Shown: one piece after another, positions 9,305 through 18,197 of the stretch
Layout: each line of letters opens with the position of its first letter
Numbering within the stretch: position 1 is the first letter of the stretch
Assembly (NCBI GenBank): GCA_002368575.1
Contig: DFEA01000040.1
Location: forward strand, 1,300-65,299
Length of the DNA stretch: 64,000 nt
DNA from: Lachnospiraceae bacterium UBA3814
GTDB lineage: Bacteria > Bacillota > Clostridia > Lachnospirales > Lachnospiraceae
Direction: 5' to 3'
Notes under the pieces: model-generated
Database searches by the model: none
What the model saw: only the letters and a program-made list of their open reading frames with translations
Told to the model about the DNA's origin: nothing
Position numbers and translations under genes: made by a program

Positions 9305-10972
9305 TTATTTTTCATCTTTCCATTTTTCTATTTTACAGGTATATCTTCCGCTCTTTTTTGTGTAATTGATCCCCACAAGTATTATCTCTCCATTGTAGCC
9401 GGACAGGAAGCCTTCATAGCTCTTGTCCTTTACCTGCCTTATGGCGGCCCTGGCGCTTCTGTTCCATTTAAGCTCAACGATCATGGCAGGATGTCTGCCC
9501 TGCACCTTTGGTATAAAGGCTATGTCTGCAAAGCCTCTGCCTGCGGGAAGCTCCCTTTTTACGTAGTAATCCGCCCTTGCAGTATAGAAGCTCATCATTA
9601 TGGCCGTTGCAAGGGCATTTTCATCATGAAGATCAATGATCGACGCATAGTCCTGATGGGACTCCGATATGACCCTGGCGACCTTCCTTTCATCGCCGTC
9701 CCAAACCGCCTTAAGCAGTTCATTTGAACGCCTTAACGCGTCCCCCACGTCATCCCAGTCACCGGTCTTTATGGCAGCCTCGTAAACCTCCGCCACCTCC
9801 CTGTTTGGGATAAAGGCCTCTTTCCTCAGGGCGTCCCAGCCAAGATAGCCCATGTGGATAAGGCAGGCAAGCACATCATCCTTTGTTTTAAAGCTGGTCA
9901 CATCATTCTGAAAGCCCGTGATATCGACTCCGACCCTTTCACCGGCAAGCATCCTTACCACATCATCCTTAAGCCCGGCGTAATTAAGGGTGATAAAATT
10001 ACGCAGAGACGCAAAAGAGCCGGTATTTTTCCAGTAGGGTACCAGTTCACGAAACATAAACGCATTTACTGCCGAATTAGGATTATAAATGTGCTTCAGC
10101 CTCTGAAAGCTTCCGTTAAGCTCCCTGATGCTTCCGTCCTCATTATCCCTTCCTGTCTCCCCCTCTCCATCAAAGACCGCGGCATACATATAGTATCCGT
10201 CATACCACTCTCTGATATCCTCCGGATCCCGGTCATATCGCCTGCAGAGTGAGTTTATCTCCTCCTGTGTAAATCCAAAGTAAGACTGCAGCCCCTTTGG
10301 ATCAGTCATTGTGTATTCGATGAAATTATTCAGCGCCGATTCCCCGTTGACCTTCTTTATGGGCAGTATCCCCGTAATATATCCGAGCGCAAGAAACTGT
10401 TTTGACTCTTCGGTCTTAAAAAAGCCTCTCAGGTACTTAAGATAGTCCCTGATCAGTTCCTCGTTTTCTGCCGCGTCCCGGATAATACAGTCATATTCAT
10501 CAATGATTATAACAAACCTTCGATTATCTTCGTTATATACCAGACTGAGGGCCTCCGCACAGCTCTCCGGGCCTTTGTCCCGCAGAAACGGAAAAGTTTC
10601 AACCATATCCTTCAGAAGCGCCCGGTCCAGCATTGGGATAACATCCTCCGGCGAATTCGCCCTGTTAAGATATGTCGCCACATCAAAGTGAAGCACATTG
10701 AGCTTATTCAGGTATTTTTCAAAATCGGGATCATTTGCGATCTCAAAGGGTGCAAAAAGCTCCTTTGAATCGCAGCCCCTGCTGTAATAGGCATCTATCA
10801 TCCCCGCTGCCATGGACTTGCCGAAGCGTCTTGCACGGCTGACGGCATAATAACGCTTTTCTGTACCGATACTTCTGTTAAGAATACTGAGCAGTCCCGT
10901 TTTATCTACATAGATCTCCGAATTGACAGCCGACTGCATGCTCTCGCTTCCCGGATTCACATAAATGCCCAT
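9305..10972 (-). CDS. AAA-ATPase-like / PD-(D/E)XK nuclease-superfamily protein (DUF1703-type), function unknown
   Basis: N-terminal YVDKTGLL...RRFGKS signature and C-terminal GFADIAFIPK..AMIVELKWNRSA block, typical of the 'predicted AAA-ATPase + PDDEXK_9' family from memory. Start set to ATG at 10972 (ACGGAGA upstream). Confidence 0.7.
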   Translation of the reverse strand: MGIYVNPGSESMQSAVNSEIYVDKTGLLSILNRSIGTEKRYYAVSRARRFGKSMAAGMIDAYYSRGCDSKELFAPFEIANDPDFEKYLNKLNVLHFDVATYLNRANSPEDVIPMLDRALLKDMVETFPFLRDKGPESCAEALSLVYNEDNRRFVIIIDEYDCIIRDAAENEELIRDYLKYLRGFFKTEESKQFLALGYITGILPIKKVNGESALNNFIEYTMTDPKGLQSYFGFTQEEINSLCRRYDRDPEDIREWYDGYYMYAAVFDGEGETGRDNEDGSIRELNGSFQRLKHIYNPNSAVNAFMFRELVPYWKNTGSFASLRNFITLNYAGLKDDVVRMLAGERVGVDITGFQNDVTSFKTKDDVLACLIHMGYLGWDALRKEAFIPNREVAEVYEAAIKTGDWDDVGDALRRSNELLKAVWDGDERKVARVISESHQDYASIIDLHDENALATAIMMSFYTARADYYVKRELPAGRGFADIAFIPKVQGRHPAMIVELKWNRSARAAIRQVKDKSYEGFLSGYNGEIILVGINYTKKSGRYTCKIEKWKDEK

Positions 10973-10996
10973 AAAAATATCTCCGTACAAAACTCT

Positions 10997-11194
10997 TTAT
11001 GATCCTGATATCAGAACCGGTTTCATGATAACACAAAAGCGGAAAGAGGCATAAGCGGTTTTGGGATAATATCTTTTCCCGAATTCCCGCATCAGCCACG
11101 TTTTTCCCACCTGTCTTGCACCCCACAGGATAAGAGGCTTCCTGCCGGGTGAAGCTTTCCATTTTTCAAGCTCCTTCATCAACGATCGTTCCAT
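10997..11194 (-). pseudogene. Truncated 5' fragment (~50 codons) of a DUF4143-type AAA ATPase gene, paralogous to 24047-25357
   Basis: MERSLMKELEKWKASPGRKPLILWGARQVGKTWLMREFGKRYYPKTAYASF matches the N-terminus of the full gene at 24047. My hand nucleotide alignment gives about 19 mismatches over ~155 nt. Homology stops abruptly at the junction with the 11011-11042 repeat. Confidence 0.75.
11011..11042 (-). repeat. ~31-nt leader repeat upstream of the AAA/PD-(D/E)XK gene (copy 1)
   Basis: TCAGAACCGGTTTCATGATAACACAAAAGCGG versus 13091-13121 (one indel). The minus strand reads ..TTTTGTGTTATCATGAAACCGG.., which contains a TGnTATCAT extended -10-like motif. Confidence 0.6.
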
Positions 11195-11363
11195 ACATAT
11201 CCTCCCTGATAAGGGAAAGCATATGATAACTGGCATCGGTTTCATGACCAGTTCCTTTCTTTTACGTAGGTTCATCTACGATTCCTTATTTCATAAATAA
11301 AGAAAAGAGCGAGAATAATTATTTATAACGGTCGCCAAAAATTCAGAATAAAAAAAATATGTC

Positions 11364-13064
11364 TCAGTACCCGTCCCTGTAATGTACCCTGCACCTCTTT
11401 CTGAAAAAGGATATCCCATACCTGCCGAGGTTTCCGTAGCCCTCCTCTAAAAGTGCATCCGCATAGCTGAGCTCATCGATCTGTTTTATCGCTTCCTCTG
11501 CCGCCTCATCCATCATCTCCATGGTGACCGGCTTCTTTCCCTCCTGCTTTACTGCCTTCAGCTCAATGATAAAGGCCTTCTCAAACACGTCCCCTGTCCT
11601 CAGCAGGATATCGCTCCTTCCATACCCGGATTCGCGGTTGCTCTTTATGGCGTATTCGCTGCTGCCCGAAAGAATCCCCACCATAAAGCCGTGATAGAAA
11701 TTTTCATAGGAATCCATATAGCTGATGGATGGACCCAAAAGCCTGTTGATCTCCCGCTCAAAGCCTTCGGCGTCGCCGTTCTTCATGGCCGCAAACAAAG
11801 GGGCTCTGTCGGATTTCTGTACGATCTCCTGCTTAAACCAGCTCAGTATCTTCTGTGAGTAAATATACCTCGTCTCCCGGTTTGGGATCACCATAACGGC
11901 GTATATCCTGTCATTCTCCACCCGCTGAGAAATGATCTTCAGATAACCTGTGAATAGCATGAAATTCCACAGATTATCCTGCTCCTTGTATATCTCCCCA
12001 TAGGTGATATCCTCATGCACCGGTTTTTCGATGCTCCCTCCCTCTATGAGCCTTTCTATCTCTCCCTTCGTTTCGCTGTCCGCTCTTTCAATGAGATCCC
12101 TTACTATCCCGTTTGAACTGGTATTCGCCCAGTAGGACTGTGGAAAGTAGTCACGGTTCGAACCTGTATGATCCCGCAGATACATGATCGTGCTCCAGGG
12201 ATTGTAAACATTGCTGTTTCCGAAAAGATATCCGTTATACCAGCTCCTTACCTCCTCATATTTATCCGAAAGCTCATAATAATCAAGGGCTGCCTTTACC
12301 TCCTCATCGGTAAAGCCGAAATATTCCCCGTAAACCGGAGTAAGGATCGAATTGATGTTCAGGTTATTCAAGCCTGTAAAAATGGACTCCTTTGATATTC
12401 TAAGGCACCCGGTAATGACGGCAAATTCCAGCGCGTTATTTGTTTTCAGAGCCCCTTCGAAAAGACTGCGTATAAAGCTTACCATATGTTCATAATATCC
12501 GTCGTAAAAGGAGCTTTCCAGAGGTACGTCATACTCATCGATCAGGATTATGGTTTTCTTTCCGGTTACTGTCTTAATGCATTCGCAGAGGAATTTCAGG
12601 CTGTCTGTATACTGATCCGGTTCTATTTTCCTGTCCCTGTACTCCAGGAAGGCTGAAGACTCCTCTTCATTTAACGAATTGCTTTCCAGAACAAAGCTGT
12701 GACGCTTAAATTCCCTCGCAAGTTCACTCCTTAAGGCCTTAAACGCCGATTCCTCATTTCCGGTCTTTGCCGACTTAAGGGTCAGAAAGATCACGGGATA
12801 TTTCCCCATCAACGAGGTATACTTCTCTCCCGAATCCATGATCTTAAGCCCTGAGAAGAGCGAGGGATCAGAGCCCTCCTCAAAAAAACAGCGCAGCATA
12901 TCAAGGGTAAGGGTTTTTCCGAACCGTCTGGGTCTTGTGAAGAGATTTACCTCGCCCTTTTTATCGATCAATTCCTTAATGAATAAGGTCTTGTCCACAT
13001 AGTAGTAATCATTTGATATGATCTTTTCAAAAAACTCAACTCCTATAGGTAGCGGTTTATGCAT
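11364..13064 (-). CDS. AAA-ATPase-like / PD-(D/E)XK nuclease-superfamily protein (DUF1703-type), second paralog
   Basis: MHKPLPIGVEFFEKIISNDYYYVDKTLFIKEL..TRPRRFGKTL N-terminus. C-terminal GYGRSDILLR..AFIIELK nuclease-like block. GGAGGG SD. Confidence 0.7.
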   Translation of the reverse strand: MHKPLPIGVEFFEKIISNDYYYVDKTLFIKELIDKKGEVNLFTRPRRFGKTLTLDMLRCFFEEGSDPSLFSGLKIMDSGEKYTSLMGKYPVIFLTLKSAKTGNEESAFKALRSELAREFKRHSFVLESNSLNEEESSAFLEYRDRKIEPDQYTDSLKFLCECIKTVTGKKTIILIDEYDVPLESSFYDGYYEHMVSFIRSLFEGALKTNNALEFAVITGCLRISKESIFTGLNNLNINSILTPVYGEYFGFTDEEVKAALDYYELSDKYEEVRSWYNGYLFGNSNVYNPWSTIMYLRDHTGSNRDYFPQSYWANTSSNGIVRDLIERADSETKGEIERLIEGGSIEKPVHEDITYGEIYKEQDNLWNFMLFTGYLKIISQRVENDRIYAVMVIPNRETRYIYSQKILSWFKQEIVQKSDRAPLFAAMKNGDAEGFEREINRLLGPSISYMDSYENFYHGFMVGILSGSSEYAIKSNRESGYGRSDILLRTGDVFEKAFIIELKAVKQEGKKPVTMEMMDEAAEEAIKQIDELSYADALLEEGYGNLGRYGISFFRKRCRVHYRDGY

Positions 13065-13090
13065 GATATGCCCTCCATAAGGAAATGCTT

Positions 13091-13121
13091 TAACCGGAAA
13101 TCAGACCGGTTTCATGATAAC
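13091..13121 (-). repeat. ~31-nt leader repeat upstream of the AAA/PD-(D/E)XK gene (copy 2)
   Basis: Same sequence as 11011-11042. Here it directly follows the terminator hairpin. Confidence 0.6.
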
Positions 13122-13140
13122 ACAAAAGCGGCAGGCTGTG
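13109..13140 (-). terminator. Rho-independent terminator candidate after the sulfotransferase-like triplet
   Basis: Minus strand reads GCGGCGG-CTTCACAG-CCTGCCGC followed by TTTTGTGTT, 25 nt after the stop at 13165. The stem is 7 bp with one bulge. Confidence 0.5.
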
Positions 13141-13164
13141 AAGCCGCCGCTCTTTACCTCGCCC

Positions 13165-14313
13165 TTATGCCGTCCCTCCGACAATGTGTTGTATAAGCTT
13201 ATCAAAAACAGCTTTGCATTTATCATATATCTTAAGTCTTAAATACACTGTCCGTTTTAATTTGGTGATCTCTATTTCCTGCTCCAAAAGCATATACCCT
13301 AGCATCAAAACTGTATCCTCGTACAGATCCGGATTATCCTTATTCCACACCGGCGCTTCCTTGGGAGCGGGAAACAGCTCTTTTCTGTCATCCTTCAGAT
13401 ACTCTTTGATGATCTTCTGGTTTCCATCCTCATAGAGCTTCCTTATCATTGCCCGTTCCTGTGCATTCATGAAGGTCTCACGGGAGGATTTGCGCAGGTT
13501 CCTGGAACATGCTTCTGTGGCCAGTTGTCCGTAAATAAGATCATTATGGGTAATATTTCCCACACCTTCAAGCTGATTCAGTATCCTCTTGATCTCAATA
13601 TAATTAGGACTTATAGAGGTATTCTTTTCTTCGTTCGGAATGACATATCCCTCAGAGGGGTCCAATCCGATAGCCTGCAGAAAATCATTCTCTGCCTTTC
13701 CGCCCATAAATTCTTTTCTGTCGTAGATCCTGACAATTATATTTTCTTTGCCTACGATATCAGACAAATGGCGGAGGCCCTCGTAATAATCTGTTTTAGG
13801 CCATTGCTCCGGATGACTGATAAATTCACCCCATTCGGGGCGATTCTTTCCACTCTTGCATTGTTTGATGCTTTGCCTGTATATTGATTCTATCCAATCC
13901 TCCTGTGGCCTGAGATAGACAATAAGCTTAAGCAATGCGTTATTATCATCTGCAAAAGCTTTAATACGCTTAAGATTCTTATAACCTGTCTTCTGAAAGA
14001 AACCCCACAGCGATTCATCGGTAAGAATTACCGTGGAGAAGTGTTTAAGCTGTTTTTCCACCTGCTTCAGACCAAATTCAAGTATTCTATCCCTTATTTT
14101 AATCGGCACCTGTCCAATAATGGCAAGTCGGCGATGACCGCCTATAAACATACCGTTTCGGTTTCTGTCGTAATGTTCATAACATATTATAGGTAGACGT
14201 TTAAAACAGTAGCCTTTCTTCGCAAGAAATGACCTGTTAAGATAAAGGAAATTCTGAATTGATGAAGTGCCTGTCTTTGTGGTCCCTATATGAAGATATA
14301 TTACTTTATCCAT
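13165..14313 (-). CDS. Sulfotransferase-like protein (paralog 1), uncharacterised family
   Basis: N-terminal IYLHIGTTKTGTSSIQ resembles the 5'-PSB loop K-x-G-T-[ST]. LIVYLRPQEDWIESIYRQ resembles the 3'-PB strand-R...S motif of PAPS sulfotransferases. Start set to ATG at 14313 (GAAAGGA 6 nt upstream). Confidence 0.5.
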   Translation of the reverse strand: MDKVIYLHIGTTKTGTSSIQNFLYLNRSFLAKKGYCFKRLPIICYEHYDRNRNGMFIGGHRRLAIIGQVPIKIRDRILEFGLKQVEKQLKHFSTVILTDESLWGFFQKTGYKNLKRIKAFADDNNALLKLIVYLRPQEDWIESIYRQSIKQCKSGKNRPEWGEFISHPEQWPKTDYYEGLRHLSDIVGKENIIVRIYDRKEFMGGKAENDFLQAIGLDPSEGYVIPNEEKNTSISPNYIEIKRILNQLEGVGNITHNDLIYGQLATEACSRNLRKSSRETFMNAQERAMIRKLYEDGNQKIIKEYLKDDRKELFPAPKEAPVWNKDNPDLYEDTVLMLGYMLLEQEIEITKLKRTVYLRLKIYDKCKAVFDKLIQHIVGGTA

Positions 14314-14405
14314 TGACATTCCTTTCAGGTTCTCCAGAGTATCCTAAGAGAACAGCCCGGAGAGCAAGTCTTATTGTTTAAGCTCCATCAGATCAGGAGG
14401 GAATC

Positions 14406-15545
14406 TTATTCATTAGAACCGATAATAGCCTGAATGGCTCTGGTCATAAAAGTACGGCATTTATCATAAAGCTTCAATCTTAAATAAACCGTCTGTTTTA
14501 ACCTGCTGATCTCTTTCTCATGATTAAGTATCATATATCCGAGCATCAGGACGGTATCCTCAAAGAGATGAGGGTCATCTTTGGTCCAGACGGGTTTTTC
14601 TTTAGGTTCCGGGAATAAATGATCCCCTTCATGTACATACTCCGACAGAACCTTTTGATTCCCCTCTTTATAACGGTTCCTTAACATAGATTTCTGTTCG
14701 GGATTTATGAAAACCTCGCTGCCTGATCTGCTTAAGCTTGCGGAACAGTCCGTAGCAGCCGACTGCGCATGGAAGAGTTCTTTTTCTGTAATATTACCTA
14801 TGCCGTCAAGCTTGTTAAGGATTCTCTTTATTTCTATATAATTAGCGTTCAGGGAGGTATTTTTTTCCTCCTCACCTATCTTATATTCATCGGAGGGCTC
14901 CAGTCCGATGGCCTGCAGGAAGTCATTTTCGACCTTCCCTCCGATAAATCTTTTTCTGTCATATATCCTGACGATCATATTCTCTTTACCTACGATCTCC
15001 GACATACGGCAGAGCCCGCTGTAATAATCCGCGCTGGGCCATTTATCCGGATCACTGATATAGGTCTCCCAATCAGAGCAGTCCTTTCCCTCACGGTATT
15101 TTTTTATGTTCTGCTTGTAGCTCGACTCCAGCCAGTCCTCCTGCGGCCTGAAATAAACTACCAGCTTAAGCACAGCATGATTCCGGTCTGCAAAGTTCTT
15201 AATGATCTTCAGGGTCCTGCAGTCAGTCCTGAGAAAATAATTCCAAAGTCCCTCGTCCGTAAGGATCACGGCGTGACAATGCTCAAGCTGATCGCTGACA
15301 CGCTTTAATCCTGCCGCTATCAATCGTTTCTGCTGCCGGGCTGAAGGCTTTCCAAACCAGCGCAGCTTACGGACGTTTAAATACATGGCGTTTCGATTCT
15401 TAAGGGATCGGTCATAAGGCACAGGATCTCTCTTATAGCTGTAGCCCTTCTTTGCAAGCACCTCACGGTTCAGATAAAGAAAGCTCTGGATAGAGGAGGT
15501 CCCTGTCTTGGTAGTTCCGATATGAAGATATATTACCTTGTCCAT
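14406..15545 (-). CDS. Sulfotransferase-like protein (paralog 2)
   Basis: Close paralog of 13165-14313, with identical MDKVIYLHIGTTKTGTSSIQ and LVVYFRPQEDWLESSYKQ. Start set to ATG at 15545 (AAAGAGGA upstream). Confidence 0.5.
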   Translation of the reverse strand: MDKVIYLHIGTTKTGTSSIQSFLYLNREVLAKKGYSYKRDPVPYDRSLKNRNAMYLNVRKLRWFGKPSARQQKRLIAAGLKRVSDQLEHCHAVILTDEGLWNYFLRTDCRTLKIIKNFADRNHAVLKLVVYFRPQEDWLESSYKQNIKKYREGKDCSDWETYISDPDKWPSADYYSGLCRMSEIVGKENMIVRIYDRKRFIGGKVENDFLQAIGLEPSDEYKIGEEEKNTSLNANYIEIKRILNKLDGIGNITEKELFHAQSAATDCSASLSRSGSEVFINPEQKSMLRNRYKEGNQKVLSEYVHEGDHLFPEPKEKPVWTKDDPHLFEDTVLMLGYMILNHEKEISRLKQTVYLRLKLYDKCRTFMTRAIQAIIGSNE

Positions 15546-15653
15546 TTTCCTCTTTTCTGACAAACTCCACACCATATATCAAAACACAGTCATTAATTGT
15601 TCCGGGCATCTCAAATGCCGGAGAACTGCTATATCCTTTAATTACGACAGTCC

Positions 15654-16838
15654 CTACCTGTAAAGGCGATTCAGGATCTTCTTTTTTATCCGGTACAGCT
15701 TTAATTTAATGGAGTGGAAGGAGAGAGAGTTTTCCTTCAGTGACTGTATTTCCTCATGAAGCTGTTTGGTTACATAGCCGAAATATAAGATCATTTCCTC
15801 CTGCATGGCTAAGAGGTCATACTCCCATTTTTCTCCAGAGCTGTCCCCCGACAGGAAAAGCTCTTCCCTGTTTAAATACTCTCCGGCTATACGGCGGTTC
15901 TCGTCCTTATATTCCTCCATCAGCTTACGCCGTTCTTCATCCGAAAAGTAAGAGAGCTTCCTCTCCTCCTTACTGAGACCCGAGCAGTCGATGCTGGCCT
16001 TTTCAAAGAACTTTTTGGTGCTGACCTTAAGAGGCTCATGAGCCTCTGTCAGACGGTTCAGGATCCGCATGATCTCAGTCTGATTGTAGGTCGTGCTTTC
16101 GTTTGAAAGCCCTCCGGGCAGCTCATAATGCCTGATATCTGTGATCCCTATGGCATTCATGAAGACCGAAAAGATAGATCCGCCGTTTTTAGCCCATATG
16201 CCGGGCTCATAAGGTATTACCTCAATATTATCCTTTCCGAAGATACGGGAAAAGGCTGTGAGCATTTTCTCATAGTTGGTGGGGATAATATCCGAATGCT
16301 TATTGTCCGCCAGGAAGGAGTCCCAGCTCTCGGTAGGGAAATGATCCTTTACATCCTGTCTGTAAAAGGAATCAAGAAAGACATCCTGTTTACGCAGAAA
16401 AATGATGACCTTGACATTGAAATCATTTTTTTCGGAGAATTCCTTAACTCTCTTCAGGAAATCCCATCTTGACCAGTCACGGCTGATATGCTCATCTGTC
16501 AGGATCACGTTGGGCTTTTCGTCCAGCCATTTTTTAATTATCCTGAGTCCCTTGTTAAGCCTTCTGACATTCTCCTCATGAGGGTCTCCGGAATTTCCAT
16601 GCAGAAAAATACCATTCCTCAGCTTAGGATATGTACGATAGTTTTCAACAACGACATATTCGCCTTTGCTGTTTTGTATCCTGGTACTACGATCATAATC
16701 ATATAGCTTCGGCAGTCTGAAAATATACCCGTCCTTATATAACCTGGCCTTATTCAGATCAAGAAAATCCTGAATCGCGCTGGTTCCTGTTTTACGAACA
16801 CCAATGTGAATATATAGTGTACGCTTTTGGTCAGTCAT
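15654..16838 (-). CDS. Sulfotransferase-like protein (paralog 3, divergent)
   Basis: LYIHIGVRKTGTSAIQ and VIIFLRKQDVFLDSFYRQ keep both motifs. The rest is much more diverged. Confidence 0.45.
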   Translation of the reverse strand: MTDQKRTLYIHIGVRKTGTSAIQDFLDLNKARLYKDGYIFRLPKLYDYDRSTRIQNSKGEYVVVENYRTYPKLRNGIFLHGNSGDPHEENVRRLNKGLRIIKKWLDEKPNVILTDEHISRDWSRWDFLKRVKEFSEKNDFNVKVIIFLRKQDVFLDSFYRQDVKDHFPTESWDSFLADNKHSDIIPTNYEKMLTAFSRIFGKDNIEVIPYEPGIWAKNGGSIFSVFMNAIGITDIRHYELPGGLSNESTTYNQTEIMRILNRLTEAHEPLKVSTKKFFEKASIDCSGLSKEERKLSYFSDEERRKLMEEYKDENRRIAGEYLNREELFLSGDSSGEKWEYDLLAMQEEMILYFGYVTKQLHEEIQSLKENSLSFHSIKLKLYRIKKKILNRLYR

Positions 16839-16902
16839 TTATAGTATATCCTCTCTTTAACAGAATACAGGAAATATTCTTATGTTGTCTTACACTCATT
16901 AC

Positions 16903-16931
16903 ATGATACTCAAAGAAAAGATACTTGTCAA
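16903..16931 (-). promoter_or_regulatory. Sigma-A-type promoter (TTGACA-17 nt-TATCAT) for the sulfotransferase-like triplet
   Basis: On the minus strand, TTGACA is at 16931-16926 and TATCAT at 16908-16903, with a 17-nt spacer. It lies about 65 nt upstream of the ATG at 16838. Confidence 0.6.
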
Positions 16932-17166
16932 ACATAATACACTGATCCAATAATCGAACCACATATTAACTATGGCATCTTCAAAAGGTATTGACAGTTC
17001 ACCCATCAAGCCTCCTTCATAGGTATTTCTGTATTCCCGATCCGGTTATAATGACAGATAGCATCCCTTCATGTTTTCTTTATTGCAAAAAATCAGATAA
17101 TATGTTAAAAAAATAGTAATAAAGCGAAAGTCTTCTTTGCTTTGGAACACTGGTTATTTAATGCAT

Positions 17167-17339
17167 AATATGATGTCAGAGTCTAAAGTCACACGGCACT
17201 TTTGACCCTGACATCATATTGTGGACTGCCCGACAAAAGGCTGCGAAGCAGCCTCTGGCATACGAGATATGGTGGTCAGGCTTGCCTGAAACCACCATTT
17301 GTCGTATGCCGGAGGAACCCAAAGGGCTTTTGTCGGGCA
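17167..17339 (+). other. Highly structured leader/intergenic element: 13-bp perfect hairpin (17167-17220) plus a ~113-nt nested rod (17227-17339)
   Basis: - Hairpin: AATATGATGTCAG / CTGACATCATATT.
- Rod P1: TGCCCGACAAAAG / CTTTTGTCGGGCA (13 bp).
- Side hairpin: GCTGC-GAA-GCAGC.
- Rod P2: GGCATACGA / TCGTATGCC (9 bp).
- Rod P3: ATGGTGGT / ACCACCAT (8 bp).
- Rod P4: CAGG-CTTG-CCTG.
- The element ends 47 nt before the licD ATG. Confidence 0.4.
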
Positions 17340-17385
17340 ACTCATATTATCAGAAGTATAGATAAAAGAGGCCATTGACAGATAC

Positions 17386-18195
17386 ATGAAGAAACTATCG
17401 TGCAAGGAAATTCAGAAAAAAAGCCTGCAGTTGCTTGTTTTCTTTAATGAATATACTCAAAAAAACAATTTAACGTATTATTTGTCAGGGGGTACTCTTT
17501 TAGGTGCAGTTCGTCATAAAGGTTTTATACCCTGGGACGATGATGTGGATATAATGATGCCCAGAAAGGATTATGAGAGGCTCATACAGGAATTTGAGGA
17601 AACGGAACAGTATTGTGTTTCTTCGTATGAAAATGATCCGGAATTTGAGAATCGATGGGCACGTATCTGGGATAAATATACTGAAAGAGATTTTTTCCTT
17701 TATGATACTAAACGGCTCGGTGTTTATCTGGATATTTTTCCTTTGGATGGTTATCCTGACAGCAGGCTGTTATCTGTCATCCATGATATTCATTTAAGGA
17801 TACTTGTGGAATTGTGGAACACATATATGATACCCGGACCGGGGAATGATCTTCATTTTAAGAGGATACGAAAAGTGATCAGGCGGCTGTTTTATAATGA
17901 ACCGCGAAAAATGAGTAAAAAGATCAATGAAACGGCCATGAAATATGATTATGAAAAATGTAATTATGTCGGGCCGTCTATCTGTATGCATTATATGTTT
18001 AAAGAACGCAACAGAAAGGAAATATACAAACCGATATTTCTACCTTTTGAAGGAGGCATGTTCCCTGCCCCGGCTGGCTATGATATATACCTTAAAAAAC
18101 TGTATGGTGATTATATGCAATTGCCTCCCGAAGAAAAAAGAGTGTCAAATCATGCCTTTGTCATATGGGAGAAAGAACCGGTAAAAGAGGAATAA
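17386..18195 (+). CDS. licD: LicD-family phosphotransferase (paralog 1)
   Basis: LSGGTLLGAVRHKGFIPWDDDVDIMMPRKDYERL and C-terminal LYGDYMQLPPEEKR are LicD-family hallmarks. Confidence 0.8.
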   Translation: MKKLSCKEIQKKSLQLLVFFNEYTQKNNLTYYLSGGTLLGAVRHKGFIPWDDDVDIMMPRKDYERLIQEFEETEQYCVSSYENDPEFENRWARIWDKYTERDFFLYDTKRLGVYLDIFPLDGYPDSRLLSVIHDIHLRILVELWNTYMIPGPGNDLHFKRIRKVIRRLFYNEPRKMSKKINETAMKYDYEKCNYVGPSICMHYMFKERNRKEIYKPIFLPFEGGMFPAPAGYDIYLKKLYGDYMQLPPEEKRVSNHAFVIWEKEPVKEE

Positions 18196-18197
18196 CA

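Noticed and set aside
17214-17405. 63-aa minus-strand ORF in the divergent intergenic region
   Set aside because: It lies entirely within the nested-hairpin element, overlaps the licD start, and has no SD or recognisable motif.
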